Source of the DNA: Oceanispirochaeta sp.
Lineage (GTDB): Bacteria; Spirochaetota; Spirochaetia; DSM-2461
Direction: 5' to 3'
NCBI GenBank assembly: GCA_963663385.2
Contig: CAXXXD010000003.1
Span: forward strand, 1,280,001-1,344,000
DNA: 64,000 bases
Of this stretch, positions 57,294-64,000 are shown piece after piece (position 1 is the stretch's first letter; each line of letters starts with the position of its first letter). A program made the position numbers and the translations under genes. A model generated the notes under the pieces. The model had not been told where the DNA came from. It saw only the letters and a program-made list of their open reading frames with translations, and made no database searches.

Positions 57294-58598
57294 ATGAACT
57301 CTGCCAAGGAAAAACTCGCATCCTGCGGGATGGCTGTTCCGGAAATTCTGATGCCGGAAAAGGGGATTGATCACTCCAAGTGGGCCGTTATAGCCTGTGA
57401 TCAGTTTTCTTCAGATAAAGAGTACTGGGAGAAGGTAAAACAGCATGCTTCCGGCTCTCCCTCAACTTTGAACATGATCCTTCCTGAATGTTATCTGGAT
57501 GAATCGGATACAAGAGTTCCTGAAATCAACAGAACCATGAGATCCTACCTTGAAAAAGGGATTCTGAAACAGGCTGGCAAAGGTTTTGTCTACATGGACC
57601 GTTCAACTCCCTGGGTATCCTCCAGAAAGGGATTGATTGTAGCTCTCGACCTGGAAGACTATAGTTATGAGAAGGGCGTGGAATGCCAGATACGTCCTAC
57701 AGAAGGTACTGTTCTGGAGAGGCTTCCTGTACGGGCAGCCATCAGAGAAAATGCCGTTCTTGATATACCCCATATTCTTGTGCTTTTTGATGACCCGGAA
57801 GACAGGGTATTCTCCCTTTTGGAAGAAAGCAAAGCAAATATGGCTGAACTCTATAATTTTGAAATCCCCCGGAAGGGCGGTCATCTCAAAGGTTTTCTGG
57901 CTGATGATTCAGAACTGTTGGAAAAACTGTCTGATCTTTTCATTGAACTCAAGGAGAATAGCGATTTTCTGTTTGCAGTGGGTGACGGGAATCATTCTCT
58001 GGGCGCAGCCAAACAGCTTTGGGAAAAAATTAAAAAAGAGGGCGGGGAAGATATTATGAATCATCCTGCCAGGTGGGCTCTTGTAGAATTGGAAAACATC
58101 CACGACAAGGGCTTGAATTTCGAACCTATACATAGAGTTCTTTTCAATCTGGATACGGAAGGCTTCCTAACCGAATTGAAGGGATTTTCCGGATTTTCTG
58201 TTCAGGAAACGGAAAATGAAGATTCAATGAAAGAGATGGTAAACCGCTTCAGCAGTAAAACAGGTGTTTTTGGAACAGGTATTCTGCTTAACGGAAAATT
58301 CTATGTTCTGGAAATGTCAAACAATACCGTATCCCTTGCATCGGAAGCTTTTCATACATTTCTTGACCCATGGCTGAATGAGAATTCCGGAATTGAAATT
58401 GATTATATACACGGGGACGATGCATTAAAGGAACTTTCATCAGGCAAAGGGAATATTGGATTTTACCTTCCTGGTATTGATAAATCCACATTTTTCTCAC
58501 AGATCAGCCAAAAAGGGCCTATGCCCCGTAAAACCTTTTCAATAGGTGAAGCAGAAGAAAAACGGTACTATCTGGAATCCCGTAAAATCATCCGCTGA
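57294..58598 (+). CDS. DUF1015 family protein
   Basis: WAVIACDQF, IRPTEGT..ER, FAVGDGNHS, FEPIHR, DYIHG, PRKTFS.G...KRYYLE. Confidence 0.8.
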   Translation: MNSAKEKLASCGMAVPEILMPEKGIDHSKWAVIACDQFSSDKEYWEKVKQHASGSPSTLNMILPECYLDESDTRVPEINRTMRSYLEKGILKQAGKGFVYMDRSTPWVSSRKGLIVALDLEDYSYEKGVECQIRPTEGTVLERLPVRAAIRENAVLDIPHILVLFDDPEDRVFSLLEESKANMAELYNFEIPRKGGHLKGFLADDSELLEKLSDLFIELKENSDFLFAVGDGNHSLGAAKQLWEKIKKEGGEDIMNHPARWALVELENIHDKGLNFEPIHRVLFNLDTEGFLTELKGFSGFSVQETENEDSMKEMVNRFSSKTGVFGTGILLNGKFYVLEMSNNTVSLASEAFHTFLDPWLNENSGIEIDYIHGDDALKELSSGKGNIGFYLPGIDKSTFFSQISQKGPMPRKTFSIGEAEEKRYYLESRKIIR

Positions 58599-59338
58599 TG
58601 TTTTACCTTTCCAAAGTATTAGCTTATCTACTCCTGCCCCCGGGACTTTTTATTCTCCTGGGGGCATTCATTTTTTCAATTAAAAGGGAAAATACCAGAG
58701 TTCGAAAAGGCAGTCTCCTATTTCTCCTTTTCCTTATCTATTTTTTATCCACCCGGTTTATCAGTGATCCTCTGCTGAGTTCTCTTGAGAACCGTTACTC
58801 CCGGCCCTATCCGGCTGAAAAAAAGGCCTGCTGTATTGTTATACTGGGTGGAGGTTCGATCAACAGGAGCGAAGGAAGCACTCCGGCTCCCGATGCGGCA
58901 GTCAGGCTTATGGAAGGTTATGTTTTGCACCGGCAAACCGGTCTTCCCCTTATTTTTTCCGGCGGGAATGTACTTAACGGAGACAGCTGGCCATCCGAAT
59001 CGGAGACGGCAGCCCGGCAACTCCTGAGTCTTGGAATGGATAAATCAAAACTCTTTATGGAGACAGAAAGCCGTAATACTTATGAAAACGCACAGCTTAT
59101 TAAAGAGAAATTCAAACCGGAAACTCTTTATCTGGTAACATCCGCCTATCATATGCCACGATCTGTTGCCGTATTTGAAGATCTGGAGATAAACGTGATT
59201 CCCTTTCCCGTTGATTTTAAAGTGGAGCAAACAGACTATAGAATTCTGGATTTTCTTCCATCCATAGGATCTCTTGAGAAGAGTTATCATGCCCTGCATG
59301 AATACATGGGCATGATCTATTACAATTTGCGCTACTGA
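58598..59338 (+). CDS. YdcF/ElyC (DUF218) family membrane protein
   Basis: IVILGGG, FSGG, ESRNTYENA, LVTSAYHMPRS, HEYMG. Confidence 0.88.
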   Translation: MFYLSKVLAYLLLPPGLFILLGAFIFSIKRENTRVRKGSLLFLLFLIYFLSTRFISDPLLSSLENRYSRPYPAEKKACCIVILGGGSINRSEGSTPAPDAAVRLMEGYVLHRQTGLPLIFSGGNVLNGDSWPSESETAARQLLSLGMDKSKLFMETESRNTYENAQLIKEKFKPETLYLVTSAYHMPRSVAVFEDLEINVIPFPVDFKVEQTDYRILDFLPSIGSLEKSYHALHEYMGMIYYNLRY

Positions 59339-60591
59339 TCTTCCCGGGTATCTGACAGAGCAGCCAGCCTTTCGGAAAGCGCCGGATGGCTGTAATGAAA
59401 AAAACTGTATGCGCTATGAGGTGTCAGATTACTCATATTATCAAGCCCCAGCTTTTTCAGGGCACTCATCATGGCGTCTCCCCCCCCGCAGGCTTCTTTG
59501 GCAAAACGGTCCGCTTCATATTCATGTTTTCTTGACCAGCCATTGCCTAGAGGGGAAAGAAAGAAAGAGAAGGGAGAGAGGCATATACTCAATATAATCA
59601 GGATAGCATGGTAACCGGGTTCAGCATAACCGAACGCACGGTAGAGGGTATTCCAATTCATTAAAAGACTTAGAACATAAAATCCTACAGCCATCATAAA
59701 CACCGAGAGGATCAGTCTTTTTACTATATGTTTTTTTCTGTAGTGTCCGATTTCATGAGCCAGTACGGATTCAAGTTCATCCACACTTAGTGATTCCACA
59801 AGAGTATCAAATAATACGATTCTCTTGACCCGTCCAATTCCGGTAAAATAGGCGTTTGAATGAGAGGAGCGGCGGCTGCCATCCATCAGATAGATACCGC
59901 TTGTCTTGAATCCTGTTCTGTGGGCTAATGAATTTAAACGTTCCTTTAACTCTCCGTCCTCAAGAGGAGTGAATTTATTGAATAGAGGGGCAATAACAAG
60001 TGGATAAAGGATAAATACAATCAATTGGAGGACTGTAATAAACAGGGTGGCATATAACCACCAGAACGAACCCGTTTTATCCATAAAGAAAAACAAGCCC
60101 AGGAGCATGGGAACAGCAATAACAGGGGTGATAAGCAGCTGCTTCGCTGTGTCTGAAAGGTAGGTTCGAGCTGTCATCTTGTTAAAACCGTAAAACTCTT
60201 CTATATAAAACTGTGAGAAAAGTGAAAAAGGAAGGGACACCAGGGAAAAAATAATGGATACAAGAAAAATATAAACAATATTGTACATGTATCCGTCCCT
60301 GAAATAAAAACTGAGCCATGTATCAAGATGCCCGAGAAAACCCGTAAGAACAACAATCAGCAAAAATGAAGAGGAGACGAATCCTGAAAGAAGTGAAAAT
60401 TTTCCTTTTTCAAGATTATAGGATACAGTTGCTGCATATTTTTCCTCGGAAAAAAGTCCCTTGAAAAGAGCGGGAATATCATTCCTGTTTTTAAGGATGT
60501 TATTAAGGTTCAGAATGGATAGAAACCACGAGACAATAAATTCCATAAAAAAAAGAACCAGATAAATGGCAAGTAAGTTTTTCTCGTTCAT
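59332..60591 (-). CDS. M48 family zinc metalloprotease (Ste24/CAAX-like)
   Basis: DGSRRSSHSNAYFTG, LAHEIGH, EYEAD, YSHP..ERL; start likely MNEK at 60591. Confidence 0.9.
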   Translation of the reverse strand: MNEKNLLAIYLVLFFMEFIVSWFLSILNLNNILKNRNDIPALFKGLFSEEKYAATVSYNLEKGKFSLLSGFVSSSFLLIVVLTGFLGHLDTWLSFYFRDGYMYNIVYIFLVSIIFSLVSLPFSLFSQFYIEEFYGFNKMTARTYLSDTAKQLLITPVIAVPMLLGLFFFMDKTGSFWWLYATLFITVLQLIVFILYPLVIAPLFNKFTPLEDGELKERLNSLAHRTGFKTSGIYLMDGSRRSSHSNAYFTGIGRVKRIVLFDTLVESLSVDELESVLAHEIGHYRKKHIVKRLILSVFMMAVGFYVLSLLMNWNTLYRAFGYAEPGYHAILIILSICLSPFSFFLSPLGNGWSRKHEYEADRFAKEACGGGDAMMSALKKLGLDNMSNLTPHSAYSFFHYSHPALSERLAALSDTREDQ

Positions 60592-60621
60592 TTTACAACT
60601 CCTTCGAACTCTGAAATAAAA

Positions 60622-60651
60622 GAAAAAAAAACCCTGCCGCAGCAGGGGATT
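60622..60651 (-). terminator. Terminator after the small Zn-ribbon gene
   Basis: Minus strand CCCTGC-TGCG-GCAGGG followed by T9. Confidence 0.8.
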
Positions 60652-60667
60652 AACGATAAAATGAATT

Positions 60668-60862
60668 TTAAAGAGCTGCAATAGCTTCTTTCATTTTACC
60701 TTTAGCAACAGCAGAATTACACTGTTTGCAGATAGTTACTTTTTTTCCGTCAAAATCCTGTTCGTAAACAGTTTTAATGGATGTTCTTTTACAGAGAGGA
60801 CAAGTTCCTCTTCCGCTTTTTACCTGATCACGTATTCCACTGCCTCTGTGAGCTTTAGACAT
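60668..60862 (-). CDS. Small basic Zn-ribbon protein, probable spirochaetal ribosomal protein (bL38-like)
   Basis: 64 aa, Lys/Arg-rich, CPLC...CKQC; own promoter, AGGAG RBS and terminator. Confidence 0.6.
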   Translation of the reverse strand: MSKAHRGSGIRDQVKSGRGTCPLCKRTSIKTVYEQDFDGKKVTICKQCNSAVAKGKMKEAIAAL

Positions 60863-60903
60863 ACTATCTCCTTAAAGCACAAGTGCCGGTTTTAACTTAA
60901 AGA

Positions 60904-60932
60904 ACTATAAAGACTGTATTGTAAAAAGTCAA
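60904..60932 (-). promoter_or_regulatory. Near-consensus sigma-70 promoter
   Basis: Minus strand TTGACT-17 bp-TATAGT. Confidence 0.65.
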
Positions 60933-60946
60933 TCCTGCCGGCCAGA

Positions 60947-62230
60947 CTAAAAATATAAAACAGAAGTAATCATCATCTCGGACTCCGTTGAATCGTCAAT
61001 GTTGATTCCCCAGTCCAGATTAATCTGAACGTTCGGCAGGGGCGCCGGGTAAACAGTTAAGGATAGCCCGGCAGTATAAAGAACTTCATCTCTTGTGAAG
61101 ATTTTATTATCATCGCTGACAAAACCCATATCAATAAAAGGAGACAAGTGTAAATCTCCTGCAGTCGGGATCTTCACAACGGGAATAACAAAATTCTGAT
61201 TCCAGAATAAACCTCTTGTACCGGTTAGTTTATAATCCAGTATCCCTCTGATTCTGTCTCCGGAGTTTTTCCGGTAACCATTGTAATAGTAGAAGTAGGA
61301 TAAACGGCTGTTATAGTTCAACACAGGAGTATAGACATATGTCTTCAGTATACCGTCAAACCAGACAAGATAATCCCTCTCTTCCGAAAGGTAGTCAATA
61401 CCGTTTTCCAGGGATACTGTAAATCCCTGACGGAGATTCCCTATCCAGTTTACCTGATCATACAGCAGCATATGACTGATCGACGGGATTATCCCCTCCT
61501 CAATATAATATTCATTCTCTTTTTCTGTATCATTCGTTTCAAATTCATAGGAAAAAGGAAGATAAACGCGCGGCGATATAATATAATCCATTTCCTTTAG
61601 AAGATGCAGGAGAAAGCTGACTTCGAATTCTGATTTGGCATAGGAATATTTAAGATTGATTTCATCCTCTTCATCAACGGATTTAACCTCTTCCCAGATT
61701 TGGGAAATACAGAAATCCAGATCAAAAGATCCGACACGTACACCGGTCAACCCGGTAGTAATTTCCGATTTAACTGGTGAGTAGTAACCGGACAGACTTA
61801 AATTCGTCAGGGTTCCCGCAAAGTTGTTATAGTACATACTTAATCCGGTAACCATTCCCAGATTGGAATCATAGGTATAGATAGGAATGGGGTAAATGTT
61901 CCAGGCTTCCTTCATGGATACAGCAACTTCTACTTCCGAATACCCTCTGTCATCACTTAATACGGTATAACCGGTAGTAACGGATTTGAAAACTTTTTTA
62001 CCTATCAGGATCTGCTTTTGTTCTCTTAAATAGGATTCCAGTTCCCAACGGTCATCGAATATTTTATGATACTTCCACTTTAAAATGGAATTCAGAGCGG
62101 CAGATTGAATGTTTCCGTCCATATAGTAGACAACACGGCCTATTTTATATTTTTCACTACTCTCCGGGTAACAGAAAAACAAGGAAATGAACAGTATAAT
62201 AAACAGGCAGATTCTTTTTTTCACAATCAC
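60947..62230 (-). CDS. Putative outer-membrane beta-barrel protein (Omp85/TamA-like, POTRA-like N-terminus)
   Basis: Signal peptide, Tyr/Gly-rich alternating strands, PFIDMG, YTAG, C-terminal Phe. Confidence 0.6.
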   Translation of the reverse strand: MIVKKRICLFIILFISLFFCYPESSEKYKIGRVVYYMDGNIQSAALNSILKWKYHKIFDDRWELESYLREQKQILIGKKVFKSVTTGYTVLSDDRGYSEVEVAVSMKEAWNIYPIPIYTYDSNLGMVTGLSMYYNNFAGTLTNLSLSGYYSPVKSEITTGLTGVRVGSFDLDFCISQIWEEVKSVDEEDEINLKYSYAKSEFEVSFLLHLLKEMDYIISPRVYLPFSYEFETNDTEKENEYYIEEGIIPSISHMLLYDQVNWIGNLRQGFTVSLENGIDYLSEERDYLVWFDGILKTYVYTPVLNYNSRLSYFYYYNGYRKNSGDRIRGILDYKLTGTRGLFWNQNFVIPVVKIPTAGDLHLSPFIDMGFVSDDNKIFTRDEVLYTAGLSLTVYPAPLPNVQINLDWGINIDDSTESEMMITSVLYF

Positions 62231-62496
62231 TTCAGAACAGAGAAGGGTCTCTCCGCAATTGATTCTTCCTTTATCTCTTCTATCAGCAGAACTGTCTGAA
62301 AAGGAATCATCACATGATCTGTTTTCCCGAAGGTATTTTTCAAATCATCTTCTGTCGGATCAATTATCAGACTGTTCCTGCTGGAAAAAACCAGATCCTT
62401 GATCGAAACAAAGTAAGGGTGCGTTAAATCGAGATTACGTGCTTTAAGAATAACATCCTTTTTCTGCCATGTGAAATGTACTTTGTACAGAGACAA
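62227..62496 (-). CDS. DUF1820 family protein
   Basis: LYKVHF, FVSI.DLVF, IIDPTE..LK..F, IP...VLLIEE. Confidence 0.65.
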   Translation of the reverse strand: MSLYKVHFTWQKKDVILKARNLDLTHPYFVSIKDLVFSSRNSLIIDPTEDDLKNTFGKTDHVMIPFQTVLLIEEIKEESIAERPFSVLK

Positions 62497-62606
62497 TCCG
62501 ATCCTCCCTTATTGTTAGGATATAATTCAAAGACAGAATATTAAAAAAAAACACTCTTGAAAAGAGTTATATTGCAGGTCGTCCGGAATCCGATTAAGAT
62601 AAAAAG

Positions 62607-63383
62607 ATGATTGAAGCAATAGGATGGCATATCAGAAATAAAATACAAGGTATGTCGTATGCGTTTAATTTTTTTCTGTTCCTTTTAAAGGAAACAGTCC
62701 ACTTTCCCTGGAACAAGAGAGTGGGGTTTAAAGTACTTATTATGCAGATCTATTTTACCGGAGTGGAAGCACTTTCAGTGGTGGCCCTTATTTCACTCGG
62801 GATTGGAGCTGTAATAATAATCCAGGGAGTATCCATTCTGCCCATGTTCGGCCAAGGTTCATTGATGTATTCCATTCTTATAATGATTATCACAAGAGAA
62901 CTTGGACCGCTTCTTACGGCATTTATAATTACAGCCCGGTCCGGTAGTGCCATTACAACAGAATTGGGGAATATGGTTATTTCCCATGAAATGGAAGCCT
63001 ATATGTCCATCGGTCTCCACCCGATTTCCTACCTTGGTGTACCCCGGTTATACGGAGTGGTGCTGGCCATGCTCTTTTTAAATATATACTTTAACCTTTT
63101 CGGTCTCCTTGGTTCCTATCTTGTTGCCTCCTTTATCCATAGCCTTCCCTTTGATGATTATCTTTTTAACCTTATACAGGCATTGACTATGGAGGATATC
63201 GTATCTGCCCTTCTGAAGAGCATTGTCTTTGGTGTTATTGTGGCAGTCGTATCAATCTATTACGGGTTTGATGTCAACAGGGCTGTTACCGAAGTTCCCC
63301 AGAAAACCATAAAATCCATCAGTTCCAGCATTACCCTCTGTATTATTGCAGATGCGATAATTGTTGTACTGACAAGGATGTAG
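62607..63383 (+). CDS. mlaE: MlaE-family lipid transporter permease
   Basis: QIYFTG, TRELGPLLTA.I.TARSGSA...ELG.M...E. Confidence 0.88.
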   Translation: MIEAIGWHIRNKIQGMSYAFNFFLFLLKETVHFPWNKRVGFKVLIMQIYFTGVEALSVVALISLGIGAVIIIQGVSILPMFGQGSLMYSILIMIITRELGPLLTAFIITARSGSAITTELGNMVISHEMEAYMSIGLHPISYLGVPRLYGVVLAMLFLNIYFNLFGLLGSYLVASFIHSLPFDDYLFNLIQALTMEDIVSALLKSIVFGVIVAVVSIYYGFDVNRAVTEVPQKTIKSISSSITLCIIADAIIVVLTRM

Positions 63384-63392
63384 GAGCCCCCT

Positions 63393-64000
63393 TTGAACTG
63401 GAATAAAGTACCTGTCGTCCTGGACAAGATATCAGTAATAGATAACAGGAATACAATAATTGATAAAATTGAACTGAATATTCATCCCGGCAAGGTAACA
63501 GTTATGATGGGTCCTTCCGGATGCGGAAAGTCTACTGTGCTAAAAGCGGCGGCCGGGCTGATTCCCATTACAAAAGGTTCTGTTAACTACGGGGATATAA
63601 AGCTGTACAAACTGAACCAGAAGGATTTTGCCAGAGTTCAGAAACATACGGGTTTTATGTTTCAGGATGGAGCCCTGTGGCAGAACAAAAGCATTTACGA
63701 AAATTTATCTCTCCCTCTGGTAATCGCAGATCCGGATATGAACAAGAATCTGGTGGAGGAGAGCGTTATGAACAGCCTGAAATCTTTTAAGATGGAAAGG
63801 GAAAGACTGAGCCGTCCTGCGGCCCTCTCTGCGGGAGAGAGAAAAATCATTTCCTTTCTGAGAGCAATTATTTCGGACCCCCAGATTATTTTCATGGATG
63901 AACCGACGACCTATATCGACCGTAAAAGTTCGCTTCTCCTTATCCAGGAGATGTTCCGCTTTAAACGGGAAGGGAAAACCGTCGTTATAGTCACCCATGA
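63393..64000 (+). CDS. mlaF: MlaF-like ABC ATP-binding protein (partial, runs off the window end)
   Basis: Not in the ORF track; TTG after AGGAG gives GPSGCGKST, FMFQDGAL, LSAGERK, FMDEPT, VTH. Confidence 0.8.
   Translation, partial: MNWNKVPVVLDKISVIDNRNTIIDKIELNIHPGKVTVMMGPSGCGKSTVLKAAAGLIPITKGSVNYGDIKLYKLNQKDFARVQKHTGFMFQDGALWQNKSIYENLSLPLVIADPDMNKNLVEESVMNSLKSFKMERERLSRPAALSAGERKIISFLRAIISDPQIIFMDEPTTYIDRKSSLLLIQEMFRFKREGKTVVIVTH

Noticed and set aside
1..64000. CRISPR arrays, IS elements, prophage or defence genes
   Set aside because: No regularly spaced repeats or transposase, integrase, phage or restriction motifs were seen.

Overview
A 64 kb stretch of mostly core chromosome from a bacterium that is probably a free-living anaerobic spirochaete (Spirochaetaceae-like). 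This is inferred from a P83/100-family protein, a fused pyrBI, a groES with no adjacent groEL, DUF1820 and a probable bL38-type small protein. It holds about 56 CDS: ndk, lysC, DinG, a sigma-70 factor, ppdK, an ABC-F ATPase, rex, an RlmD-like methyltransferase, pyrBI, a PBP1A operon, a cNMP/Crp pair, PilZ, dapL, folC, a divergent hisD, serC, an M48 protease and mlaEF. It also holds one tRNA-Thr(CGT) and, directly downstream of it, a 9 kb YtfQRT/YjfF-type sugar ABC transporter with a binding protein/YesM/YesN sensor module. I saw no integrase, transposase, phage or CRISPR array. The most striking system is the anaerobic ribonucleotide reductase operon (nrdR-nrdD-small gene-nrdG, 47193-51093), where class III NrdD appears naturally split. 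The 704-aa subunit ends after its Zn-ribbon and lacks the glycyl-radical loop. That loop (YSRIVGY) is on a separate, translationally coupled 170-aa protein that also carries a CPNC glutaredoxin-like domain. Both chains have heptad helices at the break point that could dock them. Other items worth checking are a long hairpin RNA candidate and a degenerate tRNA 3'-end copy around tRNA-Thr, a HisD paralogue with swapped metal ligands, a JAB/RadC-DinG fusion and a two-domain NDK. All calls come from reading motifs by eye, and no database searches were run.
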